A DNA stretch of 63,288 bases, counting the filler, from Dehalococcoidia bacterium (GTDB taxonomy: Bacteria > Chloroflexota > Dehalococcoidia > DSTF01 > RBG-16-68-14): NCBI GenBank assembly GCA_040882355.1. It is 5 parts of 5 records of this genome, joined end to end, with 100 filler letters (N's around TTAATTAATTAA, not from the genome) between each part and the next. Parts side by side here need not be neighbours in the genome. Positions count along the whole stretch, not along the records: positions 13,536 to 26,864 come from JBBEBM010000066.1; positions 26,965 to 39,278 come from JBBEBM010000069.1; 3 more parts are not named here. One strand, written 5' to 3'. The position numbers and the translations under genes are program-made. Below are positions 18,520-29,782 of this stretch, piece after piece; position 1 is the stretch's first letter; each line of letters begins with the position of its first letter. The notes beneath the pieces are model-generated. The model had not been told where the DNA came from, searched no databases, and saw only the letters and a list, made by a program, of their open reading frames with translations.

Positions 18520-18712
18520 CGCCCCAGCCCAAGGCCGCTCGCGAACCGGGGATCCTATGGTCTCCGATCGGGTGGCGGGCTCAACAACTGAATCCGGAGC
18601 GGGGGCCCGGGCACCTCTTTCGAGTCTATTCCGCGCCTATTCGAGCGGATCAGCGTAAGAGCACAAGAAGGCGCGAATAGGGAACATCCCTAGTGAGGTC
18701 GATACTATAAGC

Positions 18713-20596
18713 ATGGCCGGAAACGTGCCGCAATCGCCTTCAGGGTGGAAGGTGCGGCGCAGGGAGAGCGCCCTTCTCGTCACCTTCTGCCTGTTGACGG
18801 CCCTCGCTCTGCTGTGGGCCCTCCCTGGCTCGACCCAGGCGGGCGGGCTCACGCTTGTCGTCAACAGCACCGGCGACACGCCCGACAACGACTGGGGCAA
18901 TCCCGCATGCAACGACGGCGCCGGCAACTGCACCCTCCGGGGCGCCATCGAGCAGGCCAACGCCTATCCCGGCACCGACACGATCACCTTCAGCATTACC
19001 GGCACGATCAACGTCACCAGCTCACTGCCGCTGATCTTCAAGTCGCTGGACATCAGCGGACCGGGCGCCACGCTCCTGACCGTGAACGGAGGCGGGAATG
19101 GGACGGTATTTCGCGTCGACGGCTCCCCGAACGGCCAAACGGTCGCCATCTCAGGCATCACCATCACGGGCGGCAGCACAGCCGGCGCGGCGGGCGCCAT
19201 CATTGTCTACCCGGGCGACACGCTCACCCTCGCGTCATCGGTGATCACCGGCAACGCCGCGAACGTCGCTGGTGCTATCGACAACACCGGCACCGTGACG
19301 ATCTCGGGTAGCACGGTATCGAACAACACAGCGGCCACGTCAGGTGGAGCGATCCGAAGTTCGGGTACGCTCACCATCGACAACAGCACGATCTCCAGCA
19401 ACAGCGCCGCGAACGGCGGGGCCATCTCGAACATCTCGACGGGCACCGCGCAGGTACGGACCACGACCATCACGAACAACACAGGCAGCACGTCCGCCGG
19501 CGGCATTCAGAACACCGGGAGCACGGTGACGCTCACGAGCACGATCCTGGCCGGAAACATCGACCCCGACGGCGGCTCGCCGAACTGCACCGGCTCTATC
19601 GTTTCGGGCGGTTACAACCTGGTCGGCAACAACGCGGGCTGCACCTTCGGGAGCGCCACAGGCGACCAGGTGGGGACCAGCGGTAGCCCGCTAAACCCGC
19701 AGCTCGGAGCTCTCACCAACAACGGAGGAGGCACACAGACGCACGCGCTGCTGAACAACAGTCCGGCGATCGATACAGGCACGAACACCGGCTGCCCCTC
19801 CGGCGACCAGCGAGGCGCCGCGCGGCCGATCGACGGCGACGGCAACGGCACCTCCACCTGCGACATCGGCTCCTTCGAACACACGGGCATCCCACCCACG
19901 CCCACGACGACGCCAACGATGACGGCGACGGGCACGCCCACGCGTACGCCCACGCCCTCACGAACGCCGACCACCACCCCGACGCGCACCAGCACCCGCA
20001 CGGCGACAGCGACCGGCACGGCCACGCCGACCGGCACGGCCACGCGCACGCCCACTCGGACGCCCACGGCGACCGTCACGTCAACGCCGACGAGGACGCC
20101 GACGCGGACCGCTACACCCACTCGGACGAACACCCCGACACCGACGGCGACGCAGCCGACAGCGACGCCGACGCGCACGCCGACACCCACCGCCACGCGG
20201 ACCACGACACCGACTCGCACAGCGACGCGGACGCCCACGACGACGCCGACCCGCACAGCGACGCGGACGCCCACGACGACGCCGACCCGCAGCGTGACGC
20301 CGACCCGCACGGTCACACCGACCAAGACGCCCACCCCAGTTCCGGGTAGCGAGCCGACCGCCACCAAGACGCCGACGACGGCCGAGCAGCAGTGCAAGGG
20401 CGACGTGAACGGCGACGGCGCGGTCACCGCCAGCGATATGGCCTCCGTGGTGCAGCACTTTGGCCACAGCCAGGCGTCCAACCCCGGCCAGTGGGACGCG
20501 GATCAGGACTGGAAGCGCGACATGAACGAGGATGGCAGCATCACCGTCGCTGACGTGGGGATGGTCGCACAGCGCTTCGGCGCCGTCTGCGACTAG
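18713..20596 (+). CDS. Secreted CSLREA / choice-of-anchor Q beta-helix protein with Thr-Pro linker and C-terminal dockerin
   Basis: VNSTGD...[24 protein letters not shown]...DQRG...CDIGSFE; about 160 aa of T/P/R repeats; [13 protein letters not shown] and [12 protein letters not shown]. Confidence 0.85.
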   Translation: MAGNVPQSPSGWKVRRRESALLVTFCLLTALALLWALPGSTQAGGLTLVVNSTGDTPDNDWGNPACNDGAGNCTLRGAIEQANAYPGTDTITFSITGTINVTSSLPLIFKSLDISGPGATLLTVNGGGNGTVFRVDGSPNGQTVAISGITITGGSTAGAAGAIIVYPGDTLTLASSVITGNAANVAGAIDNTGTVTISGSTVSNNTAATSGGAIRSSGTLTIDNSTISSNSAANGGAISNISTGTAQVRTTTITNNTGSTSAGGIQNTGSTVTLTSTILAGNIDPDGGSPNCTGSIVSGGYNLVGNNAGCTFGSATGDQVGTSGSPLNPQLGALTNNGGGTQTHALLNNSPAIDTGTNTGCPSGDQRGAARPIDGDGNGTSTCDIGSFEHTGIPPTPTTTPTMTATGTPTRTPTPSRTPTTTPTRTSTRTATATGTATPTGTATRTPTRTPTATVTSTPTRTPTRTATPTRTNTPTPTATQPTATPTRTPTPTATRTTTPTRTATRTPTTTPTRTATRTPTTTPTRSVTPTRTVTPTKTPTPVPGSEPTATKTPTTAEQQCKGDVNGDGAVTASDMASVVQHFGHSQASNPGQWDADQDWKRDMNEDGSITVADVGMVAQRFGAVCD

Positions 20597-20607
20597 GACG
20601 CGGCCAG

Positions 20608-21069
20608 TCAGCCGCCGTAGATGCCGCGTTCGCTGCCGGGGATGACGAAGGCCCCGCAGACCTTCTCGTAAAACGCCGCCGGGCCCACGCCGCCGATGAT
20701 GCCGTAAGCGTAACCCAACTCCCAGAGCCCTTCCAGACAGCGGAAGAGCAGCGCCGCGCCGATGCCCTTGCCCCGCAAGTCCTCACGCACGCCCGCCGGT
20801 CCGAAGTAGGCCCGCCGGGTGCACTCGTAGGCGGCGAAGCCGGCGATCTCGCGTTCGACCAGGGCCACGAAGGCGGTGACCGGCTGATGGGCGAAGGCGA
20901 CCACCGTCTCGTCGGCCCAGTTCGCGCTGAACCGCCCTTCGACGAAAGCGCGCAGCGCCGTTCGCTCCCACGGCTGGGCGCGGCGAACGGTCACGCCCGC
21001 TTCCTCGGCCCGCCTGTAGTACGCCGCCGGGTCGGGCATGCCGTAGAGCCGCGCGAGCATGTCTGGCAT
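20608..21069 (-). CDS. GNAT N-acetyltransferase
   Basis: FGPAGVREDLRGKGIG, FYEK. Confidence 0.85.
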   Translation of the reverse strand: MPDMLARLYGMPDPAAYYRRAEEAGVTVRRAQPWERTALRAFVEGRFSANWADETVVAFAHQPVTAFVALVEREIAGFAAYECTRRAYFGPAGVREDLRGKGIGAALLFRCLEGLWELGYAYGIIGGVGPAAFYEKVCGAFVIPGSERGIYGG

Positions 21070-21177
21070 CGTCAGCAGGATACTACGGGCTGCCGCGCCG
21101 GGGCCATTCAGCTTGTGACCGGCTGAAGGGCAACGTATAATCGAGCATTCTGCAAGGAGGCGCGCTTCCTCATCACC

Positions 21178-21945
21178 ATGGCCCTGCTAGAGGTCGCTGA
21201 TCTCTCCATCCGCTTCGGTGGCATCGTGGCGCTCGACGGCGTCTCGTTCGCCTCCGAACGCGGCCAGATCACGGGCATTATCGGGCCGAACGGCGCGGGC
21301 AAGACTACGATCTTCAACTGCCTCACCGGCGTCTACGAGCCGGACCGAGGTTCGATCAACTTCGGCGGACAGGACTTGCTGCGCCTGCCGCCCCACCAGG
21401 TGATCCGGAACGGCGTGGCGCGCACCTTCCAGAACCTGGAGCTCTTCGGGTCGATGACGGTGCTCGAGAACCTGCTCGTGGGCCAGCACACCTCGCTCCA
21501 CGGCAACCTGCTCGAGTACGCGTTCCGGCTGCCACGCGCTCGCCGCGAGGAGCGGGTGGCGCGCGAGGCAGCCCTCGAGGTGCTCAAGTTCCTCAGCCTG
21601 GAGCCGTACCGCGATGCCCTCGCCGGCGGTTTGCCCTTCGGGACGAAGAAGCGCGTCGAGCTGGCGCGCGCGCTGGCGTCGAAGCCCCAGCTCCTCTTGC
21701 TGGACGAGCCCGCGAACGGCCTGAGCCATGAAGAGGTCGGCCGTCTGCTCGATCTCATCCGCTCCCTGCGCAGCGATCTCGACGTGACGATCCTGCTCGT
21801 CGAGCACCACATGGGCCTCGTGATGGCGGTCTGTGACCGCGTGTGCGTGCTGGACTTCGGCCGGAAGATCGCCGATGGCACGCCGGCGGAGGTGCAGCAG
21901 GACCCCGCCGTGATCGAGGCCTATCTGGGAGAGCCCGTTGCTTAA
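21178..21945 (+). CDS. livG: Branched-chain amino acid-type ABC ATPase
   Basis: GPNGAGKT, ARTFQN, LDEP, VEHHM, EAYLG. Confidence 0.88.
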   Translation: MALLEVADLSIRFGGIVALDGVSFASERGQITGIIGPNGAGKTTIFNCLTGVYEPDRGSINFGGQDLLRLPPHQVIRNGVARTFQNLELFGSMTVLENLLVGQHTSLHGNLLEYAFRLPRARREERVAREAALEVLKFLSLEPYRDALAGGLPFGTKKRVELARALASKPQLLLLDEPANGLSHEEVGRLLDLIRSLRSDLDVTILLVEHHMGLVMAVCDRVCVLDFGRKIADGTPAEVQQDPAVIEAYLGEPVA

Positions 21946-22645
21946 CGTCCAGGACCTGCACGCCTCCTACGGCCCCGTGCTCGCACTGCAGGGCGTCTCG
22001 CTCTACGTCCCCGAGGGCGGTGTCATCGCCGTGCTCGGGCCCAACGGCGCCGGCAAGAGCTCGACGTTGCGCGCGATCTCGGGCTTGCTCAGGGCCTCAT
22101 CAGGCACGATCGAGTTCGCCGGCCAGCGCATCGACAGGCTCTCGCCGGAGGCGATCGTGCGGCTGGGCATCTCGCAGGTGCCGGAGGGACGCCAGACCTT
22201 CGCCGAGCTGACGGTGCGGGAGAACCTCACGATCGGCGCGTACACGCGCGGCGATGGCTCCGGCATCAGGCGAGACATGGACCGCGTCTTCTCGTACTTC
22301 CCGGTGCTGGCCCAGCGGTCGAAGCAAACGGCCGGTCTGCTGAGCGGCGGCGAGCAACAGATGCTGGCGATCGGCCGCGCGCTCATGGCGCGGCCGAAGC
22401 TCCTGCTGTTGGACGAGCCGTCCATGGGGCTGGCGCCGATGCTCGTGCGCGAGATCTTCTCGATCGTCGAGACGATCACCAGGGAGGAGCGCCTGACGAT
22501 CGTCGTTGTCGAGCAGGACGCCAACCTGGCGCTGGACATCGCACAGCACGGCTACGTGCTGGAAGCGGGCGCTGTTGTGCTCGATGACGCCGCCGCCCAC
22601 CTCCGCGCGAACGAGGCCGTGCGCCGCGCCTACCTGGGGTACTGA
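21938..22645 (+). CDS. livF: Branched-chain amino acid-type ABC ATPase
   Basis: GPNGAGKS, VPEGR, LSGGEQQM, LDEPSMGLAP. Confidence 0.88.
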   Translation: MLNVQDLHASYGPVLALQGVSLYVPEGGVIAVLGPNGAGKSSTLRAISGLLRASSGTIEFAGQRIDRLSPEAIVRLGISQVPEGRQTFAELTVRENLTIGAYTRGDGSGIRRDMDRVFSYFPVLAQRSKQTAGLLSGGEQQMLAIGRALMARPKLLLLDEPSMGLAPMLVREIFSIVETITREERLTIVVVEQDANLALDIAQHGYVLEAGAVVLDDAAAHLRANEAVRRAYLGY

Positions 22646-22646
22646 G

Positions 22647-23531
22647 ATGGACCAGTTCGAGGAGTTCGCGCAGCAGGTCGTCACCGGCGTTTCGATCGGC
22701 AGCATCTACGCCATCGTCGCGCTCGCGATCGTGATGATCTACCGCTCGACCGGAGTGGTGAACTTCGCGCAGGGCGAGATGGCGACGTTCACCACCTTCA
22801 TCTCGTGGTCGCTCATGCTGCGCATGGACTTCTGGCCCGCCTTCGCGCTCGCGATCGTGATCGCGTTCTTCTTGGGCGGGACACTGGAGATGGTCGTAAT
22901 GCGCCCGGTGGAGCGAGCGTCGCCGCTCAACTCCATCGTCGTCACTTTGGGGCTGCTGGCGATCTTCAACAGCGTAGCCTTGTGGCGCTGGGGGCCCCTG
23001 CCGAAACCTTTCCCGCGCCCTGACGTATTCACGGGCAGCGCGCTCACCGTCGGCTCGGTGACGATCAGCCGGCTCAACATCGGCATCCTGGCGATCGCCC
23101 TCCTCATGATGCTCGCGCTGTATCTCCTCTTCAGCTACACGAAGATCGGGCTGGCCATGCGCGCGACCGCGCAGAACCCGACGGCGAGCCGGCTTGTCGG
23201 CATCAACGTTTCGCGGATGCTCTCTCTGGGCTGGGCGATCTCCGCGTCCGTCGGTGCCGTCGCAGGCATGCTGACGGCGGCGAGCCTCACCCTCTCGGTC
23301 GACATGATGTTCGCGATCCTCATATTCGCCTTCGCCGGCGCGGTGCTCGGCGGGCTCGATAGCCCGGCGGGCGCAGTGATCGGCGGACTCGGCGTGGGCG
23401 TCATCCAGGCGCTGGCCGGCAACTACATTAGCACTCAGGTTGACGTGCTCGTGGCCTTCATGGTGATCGTCGGTGTCCTCGTTGTGCGGCCGACGGGCCT
23501 GTTCGGCAGGCGCGTCATACGCAGGGTCTAG
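22647..23531 (+). CDS. livH: Branched-chain amino acid-type ABC permease
   Basis: GSIYA, VVNFAQGE, GLAMRA, GGLDS. Confidence 0.88.
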   Translation: MDQFEEFAQQVVTGVSIGSIYAIVALAIVMIYRSTGVVNFAQGEMATFTTFISWSLMLRMDFWPAFALAIVIAFFLGGTLEMVVMRPVERASPLNSIVVTLGLLAIFNSVALWRWGPLPKPFPRPDVFTGSALTVGSVTISRLNIGILAIALLMMLALYLLFSYTKIGLAMRATAQNPTASRLVGINVSRMLSLGWAISASVGAVAGMLTAASLTLSVDMMFAILIFAFAGAVLGGLDSPAGAVIGGLGVGVIQALAGNYISTQVDVLVAFMVIVGVLVVRPTGLFGRRVIRRV

Positions 23532-23535
23532 ACGA

Positions 23536-24669
23536 ATGAGACCGTCGCTCCGCATCATCGCCTGGATTATCCTGGGCCTCGCCCTCATCTTCTTCCCCTA
23601 CTTCGAAACCTGGCCCGGCTTTCACTGGTTCCTCGTGCATCTGGAGGAGCAGACCGGGATCAACCTGAGCACATTCCAGATGACCACATTCGCGGTCTGG
23701 CTCGTTGTCTTGATGGGGCTCAACCTGCTGACCGGCTACAGCGGCCAGATCTCGCTCGGGCACGGCGCTCTGGTCGCCTGCGGCGCATACATCGCCGCGA
23801 TCCTGCTCGAACACACAGCGACGCCCGTCGGCGTCGCTGTCCTCGTGGGCGGACTGGGCACCGCGGTGATCGGCTTCGGCATCGGCATTCCTTCGCTTCG
23901 ACTGAGCGGGCCCTATCTGGCCATCGCGACGCTCGCGTTGATCGTTTCGATGCCACAGTTGCTGAAGCTGGACGCGATCAGCGACTGGACCGGCGGCGCC
24001 ACCGGCATCGACTTGCCGCTGGCGCGGGCGCCAGGCTCGATCGATGGCTTGGTGGACGACCGCCAGTGGCTGTACTACTCGGTCATGGCTCCGGCGGTGA
24101 TCATGACGATCATCGCCTGGAACATCGCTCGGAGCCCGATCGGCCGCGCCTTCGTCGCCATCCGTGACAGCGAAGTCGGCGCCCAGCAGATGGGCGTGAA
24201 CCTCGCCGTCTACAAGACGCTCGCCTTCGCGCTGAGCGCGCTCTACGCAGGGGTTGGAGGCGCCCTCTTCGCGTATTCACAGGACTTCGTCAGCCCGGAC
24301 AGCTTCTCGGTCTTCCAGTCGATTACGTTCCTGGTCGCCATTGTGATCGGCGGCTTAGGTTCGATCCTGGGCGCGATCCTTGCGGCAGCCTTCTTTACGT
24401 TCCAAAGTGGGGTTATCAACCGGCTGACCGAGCTCCTGCCGGCCGTCGACCAGTTGCGGTGGGCGATATACGGAGGCGCGCTGATCATCGTCATGGTCTT
24501 CCTTCCCACCGGCGCCGCCGGCTTCGTGCGGCAGGTCGCCAGTGGAGAGGCATGGCGAGCGACGACCGCCCGCCTTCAAGCGCTCCTGCCGGGATCTCGG
24601 TCGGCCCATGCGAACGAGGCCACAATAGGGAGGGAGGGATCACAACAAGAAGGTGACTCAGACGAGTAG
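23536..24669 (+). CDS. livM: Branched-chain amino acid-type ABC permease
   Basis: NLLTGYSGQISLGH, LRLSGPYLAIATL, GRAFVAIRD. Confidence 0.88.
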   Translation: MRPSLRIIAWIILGLALIFFPYFETWPGFHWFLVHLEEQTGINLSTFQMTTFAVWLVVLMGLNLLTGYSGQISLGHGALVACGAYIAAILLEHTATPVGVAVLVGGLGTAVIGFGIGIPSLRLSGPYLAIATLALIVSMPQLLKLDAISDWTGGATGIDLPLARAPGSIDGLVDDRQWLYYSVMAPAVIMTIIAWNIARSPIGRAFVAIRDSEVGAQQMGVNLAVYKTLAFALSALYAGVGGALFAYSQDFVSPDSFSVFQSITFLVAIVIGGLGSILGAILAAAFFTFQSGVINRLTELLPAVDQLRWAIYGGALIIVMVFLPTGAAGFVRQVASGEAWRATTARLQALLPGSRSAHANEATIGREGSQQEGDSDE

Positions 24670-24725
24670 GACGCGCGCCCAGCGGGCCGCTGCCCGCAAC
24701 TCGCATAGCTTAGGGAGGTACACGA

Positions 24726-26111
24726 ATGCAGGTTTCTAAGAACGCGCTGCTGCGACTGCTCTTGCTCTTGCTGGCCGCCACCATGTTTGTCGCGCTCTCC
24801 TGCGACGACGAGGAAGACGGCGGCGGGACGGACCAGACGCCAGGAGCTACGAGCGACGCCACAAGCGAGGACGGGGACAGCGGTCTCTCGGACATACCGG
24901 AGGACACGACCGGCGTCACCGACACCCAGATCCTCCTCGGCACGCACATGCCACTCACGTCAGAGGCGGCACTCTACGGCCAGCAGATCGTGCCGGGCAT
25001 GCAGGCGTACTTCGACTTCATCAACGAAACAGAAGGCGGCGTCAACGGCCGTCAGATCAAGCTGCTCGTCGAGGACGACGGCTACTCACCGCCGAGGACG
25101 AATGAGGTCGTACGCAAGCTGGTCGAACAGGACGGAGTGTTCGCCATCGTCGGTGGGTTGGGCACGGCGCAGCACAGCGCCGTCTTCGAGTACCTTGCGG
25201 ACGCGAAGGTGCCCGACCTGTTCATGGCGACAGGCGCGACGCTGTTCACAGACCCGATCACCCGCACCGCCTTCGGCTTCAACCCGAACTACATCCAGGA
25301 AGGCAACGGGATCGGGAAGTACATCGCCGAGAACTATCCCGAGGCTAAGGTTGGCGTGATTAGGCAGAACGACGACTTCGGGGCCGACGGCCTGGCGGGC
25401 ATCCGCCAGGCCATCGAGGGCAGTACCGTTGAGATCGTCTCGGAGCAGACCTACGAAGCGGCCAATCCCCCGGACCTCACCGTCCAGGTGCAGCGCCTGC
25501 AGAACGATGGCGCCGACCTGGTCGTCGTCTACTCCCTGCCCCGGCAGGCGGCCAGCGTGATCAAGGTCGCGCGGGAGCAGCTCAGTTGGGATGCCCCGCT
25601 CATCTTCAGCGGCGTCGTCGCCGACCCGACCACTATCGCGCTCGCCGGCGGCGCCGCCAACGCGGACGGCGCGATCACGACTGCCTACCTGCGCCCGCTC
25701 AACCAGGCGGACGACCCAGCGATCATCGAGCACCAGGAGATCATGGCCGAGTACCAGCCGGATAAGGCGGTGTCCAACCTCAGCCTCTTCGGCCAGTCTG
25801 TCGCCGAGATGGTTGTCGAGACGCTCAAGGCCGCGGGCCAGGACCTGAACCGCCGCAGCGTGATTGCGGCGGCGGAGTCGATCAAGGGCTTCACTTGCTC
25901 GGTCTGCCTGGCGCCGATCAACCTCAGCCCGACCGACCACCGCCCGATCGAGGCATTCCAGTTCGCCGAAGCTGAGGGCGACTCGTGGGTCGTCTTCGGC
26001 GACCTCGTCAGCTACGAGTCGACGGACGGGGCGGACTCCGGCGACGACGCGGAGCCGACCGACGACGCAGGCTCTGGCGACGACACGGAACCGACCGAAA
26101 CGCCTGAGTAG
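24726..26111 (+). CDS. ABC substrate-binding lipoprotein (LivK/LivJ-like)
   Basis: Lipobox ALSC, GGVNGRQI, DDGYSP, NDDFG; acidic N- and C-terminal tails. Confidence 0.88.
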   Translation: MQVSKNALLRLLLLLLAATMFVALSCDDEEDGGGTDQTPGATSDATSEDGDSGLSDIPEDTTGVTDTQILLGTHMPLTSEAALYGQQIVPGMQAYFDFINETEGGVNGRQIKLLVEDDGYSPPRTNEVVRKLVEQDGVFAIVGGLGTAQHSAVFEYLADAKVPDLFMATGATLFTDPITRTAFGFNPNYIQEGNGIGKYIAENYPEAKVGVIRQNDDFGADGLAGIRQAIEGSTVEIVSEQTYEAANPPDLTVQVQRLQNDGADLVVVYSLPRQAASVIKVAREQLSWDAPLIFSGVVADPTTIALAGGAANADGAITTAYLRPLNQADDPAIIEHQEIMAEYQPDKAVSNLSLFGQSVAEMVVETLKAAGQDLNRRSVIAAAESIKGFTCSVCLAPINLSPTDHRPIEAFQFAEAEGDSWVVFGDLVSYESTDGADSGDDAEPTDDAGSGDDTEPTETPE

Positions 26112-26132
26112 GGTTCACTCCTTCGCAACGGT

Positions 26133-26166
26133 GCAGAGGGCCGGGCACGACTGCCCGGCCCTCTGC
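26133..26166 (+). terminator. Terminator of the Liv-type operon
   Basis: 15-bp stem GCAGAGGGCCGGGCA/TGCCCGGCCCTCTGC. Confidence 0.7.
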
Positions 26167-26225
26167 TTCCGCCTCCGTTGGTGTCTGCTATGCTTGTGCC
26201 AGCCTTCGCCAAGGAGGGAGGCGCA

Positions 26226-26864
26226 ATGGAGTTGGCACGCGTCGAACGGCTGATCTCGGAGTGCGAGGTCGAGGTCGTCAGAGTGGGCGGATCCGACATG
26301 GACGGCGTCTTCCGCGGTAAGCGCGTCCTCGCCGCGCAGTTCCTGGAGGGCTGCCGGGCCGCCGGCTTCCCGCAATGCGACGTGATCTTCGGCTGGGACG
26401 TCGCCGAGCAGGTCATCGACGGCCTCGCGGTGGGCACGGCCGATACCGGCTTCGCCGACATCCTCATGCAGCCCGACCTCTCGACGTTCCGCGTCGTGCC
26501 CTGGGAGCCGGCCTCAGCGGCCGTGGTCTGCGATTACGCCCACGAGGACGGCCGGCCGCTCGAGGTCTCGCCGCGCCAGGTGCTGCGCCGGGGGGTCGAA
26601 CGGGCCCGGTCTATGGGGTACGACGCGATGATGGCGGTCGAGTTGGAGCTGCGCATCTTCCGCGAGGACCAGCAGAGCCTGCGAGCGAAGGGCTATCGAG
26701 AGCTGGAGCCGCTCAGTCCAGGGCTGAACTGCTACAGCATCCACCACGCCAGCCTGGACGAAGACGTCGTCGGGCGGATCAGACGGCTGATGATCGACTA
26801 CGGCGTACCGGTGGAGGGCTACAACCGCGAGCACGGCGAGGGGATGTACGAGCTCAACCTCCAC
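26226..26864 (+). CDS. Glutamine synthetase family protein (gamma-glutamyl ligase-like), 3' truncated
   Basis: DMDGVFRGKR, PDLSTFRVVPW, ELEL, EHGEGMYELN. Confidence 0.85.
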
Positions 26865-26964
26865 NNNNNNNNNNNNNNNNNNNNNNNNNNNNNNNNNNNN
26901 NNNNNNNNTTAATTAATTAANNNNNNNNNNNNNNNNNNNNNNNNNNNNNNNNNNNNNNNNNNNN

Positions 26965-28302
26965 CTCGGCGCGCAGCTCTCCATAGCGGCCCATGTCGAG
27001 CAGCTTGTCGAGTGCGCCCGCGTAGTTGCCGCTGTCGTATTCGTTGCCGCTGGGGATCGTGTACGGGAAGGCCTCGGGCGGAATGAAGTTCTTGCGGCGC
27101 ATCTCCGCCGGGTCGATGCCGAGAGAGCGCGCGGCGATGTCCACCATCTGCTCCAGGACGAAGTTGTGCGGTGGCGGGCCCATACCTCGGTACGGGCTGG
27201 CGGGCGTCTTGTTCGTCGCGACGATGGCCAGGTCGTACTCGGCGGCGGGAATGGCGTAGCAGCCTGTGAACGAGGCGAGCGGCTTCGCGGCGCCGGACGC
27301 GCCGTAGCCTTCGGCCGTCGCGCCCAGGTCATCGACGAGCTTGATGCGCAGACCGGTCACCGTGCCGTCTCGCTTCACGGCCAGCTTCGCTTCGTAGTGG
27401 CGGTCCCAGGCCTGACTCGAGCCGCCGACCAGGCTCTCCATCCGGTCCTCGGTCCACTTCACCGGGCGCCCCCCGCACTTTCGCGAGAGGAGCGCCGTGA
27501 TGTCGGTGCCGCGCCCGCCGCCCTTGCCGCCGAAGCTGCCGCCGTGCGGCTGGCCGATGAAACGCACCTTGTTCGACGGCAGGCCGAAGGCGAACGCCCG
27601 CCCCCTCGCCATGTACGACGGCGTCTGGAACGAGCCGCGACATGTCAGCGTGTTCTCAACGGGGTTCCACTGACTGATCACGCCGAACGTCTCCAGGGGG
27701 TTCGCGCCCACGCGATGCCAGCGGAACGTCTCTGCGAAGACCTCGTCCGCGTCTCGGAACGCCCCTTCAACGTCGCCCCAGGTGAAGAGCCGCTTGTACA
27801 TGATGTTGTTGCCGTTCTCCTCAAAGATCAGCGGGCTGCCTGGCTCCATCGCGGCGAACGGGTCGTTCACGACCGGCAGCGGCTCGTACTGGACATCGAC
27901 CAGCTCAAGCGCGTCTTCAGCCACGTAGCGACTCACGGCGGCGACAGCCGCCACCGGCTCGCCGACGAAACGTGTCTTGTCGACGGCGAGGCAGTAGGGC
28001 CCCCAGCGTTCGGGTACGGTGATGAATGGCTTGGTCCAGAGGCGTGCGTCTTCTCCAGTGACGACCGCCACGACGCCGAGCAGCTTCTCAGCCGCGCTCG
28101 TGTCGATCGCCTTGACCCTGGCATGCGGGTAGGGGCTGCGAAGGATCGCGCAGTGGAGCATGCCAGGCAGCGTGACGTTGTCGATGAACTCCGTGCGGCC
28201 CGTCACGAGCTGGCGGTCTTCGACGCGGTTGACGGTCTTGCCCACCCACCGCAGCGCGCTCGTTGGTAGGCCGGAGGGCAGGTTGGGTATCTCGGCGCTC
28301 AC
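26965..28302 (-). CDS. Xanthine dehydrogenase-family molybdopterin large subunit (CoxL-like), 3' truncated
   Basis: RVED, LRSPYPHA, GGSFGGKG, active-site loop PYRGMG. Confidence 0.88.
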
Positions 28303-28823
28303 GATGCGCCTCCCGGCGCTTCGACGGCGGCTGCGTCCCGCAGCTTCGACACCGCAAGCCGCACCGAGTCGACGATCTGCTGGTAGCCGGTGCAGCGGCA
28401 GATGTTGCCGCCAAGCGCGTCCTTGACCGCGTCGTCGTCCGGGTCCGCGTCATGCTGGAGGAGCTCGTACACCGACATGAGGAAGCCGGGCGTGCAGAAG
28501 CCGCACTGCAGTCCATGGCATTCGATGAACGCCTGCTGGAGCGGGTGCATATCGCCGCCCTGGCTCAGGCCTTCGACGGTCATCAGCTCCGCGCCGTCGG
28601 CCTGCAGCGCGAGCATGATGCACGAGCGCACCGCCTGCCCGTTCATCAGCACCGTGCAGGCGCCGCAGACGCCGTGCTCGCAGCCGACGTGCGTGCCGGT
28701 GAGGCCGAGCCCGCCCCGCAGGAAGTCGACCAGCGTCGTGCGCGGTTCGACGGCGCCCTCGTAGGGCTGGCTGTTTACGGTAACGCGCACCTGCCTCTTC
28801 AAGGCTGGGGTCATCTCCATCAC
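28299..28823 (-). CDS. 2Fe-2S small subunit (CoxS-like)
   Basis: GCEHGVCGAC, QCGFCTPG, NICRCTGY. Confidence 0.92.
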   Translation of the reverse strand: MMEMTPALKRQVRVTVNSQPYEGAVEPRTTLVDFLRGGLGLTGTHVGCEHGVCGACTVLMNGQAVRSCIMLALQADGAELMTVEGLSQGGDMHPLQQAFIECHGLQCGFCTPGFLMSVYELLQHDADPDDDAVKDALGGNICRCTGYQQIVDSVRLAVSKLRDAAAVEAPGGAS

Positions 28824-29695
28824 CTCGCCGCCTGCGCGCGCGCCGCGGCCTCGGTCAGGGCGCGTCGCGTCAGCACCTGCGCCAGGTGGCGGCGAAACTC
28901 AGCCGTTGCGTGCACGTCGGAAAGCGTCTCGTCCAGGCCATCGCTGGCCCGCTGCGCCGCGCGTTCGAACAGCGCATCGCTCGGCGCTTCACCAGCGAGC
29001 GCTTCCTCGGCAGCCCTTGCCCGAACGGGCGTCGGCGCGACGCCGAAGAGGGCGATGCGGGCGCCGGCGCACTCGCCGCGGCTCCCCAGCGTGAGCGTCG
29101 CCGCAACTCCGGCGAGCGCGAAGTCGCCGTGCCGGCGCGACACCTCCTGGAACGACCAGCCGGTCCGTTCGGGCAGCACGGGAACGCGGACTTCGGTCAG
29201 CACGTCGGCTGGCTCGAGCGCCGTCGTCAGGTATGTCACGAAGAGGTCCTCGGCTTTGATCGCGCGCTCGCCGTTCGGCCCGACGGCGACCAGCTCGGCG
29301 TCGAGCGCCAGCGCGACGGCCGGATACTCGGCGGCGGGGTCTGCGTGGGCGAGCGAACCGCCGATCGTGCCGCGATTGCGGATCTGGGGATGCGCGATCA
29401 TCCGTGTCGCCGCATGCAGCAGCGGCTGCGCGTTGGCGACAAGCTCCGAGCGTTCGATCGCGCGCTGGCGCGTCATCGCGCCGATGGCGAGATGGCCGTT
29501 CGTCCGGCGAATGTAGTCGAGCCCCTCGACCCGGTTGAGGTCGACGATGACGGCCGGCCGGGCGAGCCGCATGTTGAGCAGCGGCACGAGGCTCTGCCCG
29601 CCGGCGAGCAGCTTCGCGTCCGCCTGCTCGCGCAACAAGGCAACCGCCTGGTCGACGGTCGTGGGGTCGTAGTACTCGAAGGAAGCGGGCTTCAT
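28820..29695 (-). CDS. FAD-binding medium subunit (CoxM-like)
   Basis: MKPASFEY, LAGGQSL, IRNRGTIGGSLAHADP, RRHGDFA. Confidence 0.92.
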   Translation of the reverse strand: MKPASFEYYDPTTVDQAVALLREQADAKLLAGGQSLVPLLNMRLARPAVIVDLNRVEGLDYIRRTNGHLAIGAMTRQRAIERSELVANAQPLLHAATRMIAHPQIRNRGTIGGSLAHADPAAEYPAVALALDAELVAVGPNGERAIKAEDLFVTYLTTALEPADVLTEVRVPVLPERTGWSFQEVSRRHGDFALAGVAATLTLGSRGECAGARIALFGVAPTPVRARAAEEALAGEAPSDALFERAAQRASDGLDETLSDVHATAEFRRHLAQVLTRRALTEAAARAQAAR

Positions 29696-29782
29696 GCGGC
29701 TCGTTCTACGCGATCCCTGGCCTGGCTTTGCACCAGCACCGCATGGTGGCACAGAACGAACGATCAGGCAACGGCAGGCGCC

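Noticed and set aside
19890..20380. Dense short repeats resembling an array
   Set aside because: They encode the in-frame Thr/Pro/Arg linker of a surface protein. No CRISPR repeat-spacer structure was seen anywhere in the window.
26965..29695. Aerobic CO dehydrogenase (coxMSL)
   Set aside because: The large-subunit loop is PYRGMG rather than form I AYxCSFR, so it is a generic Mo-hydroxylase.
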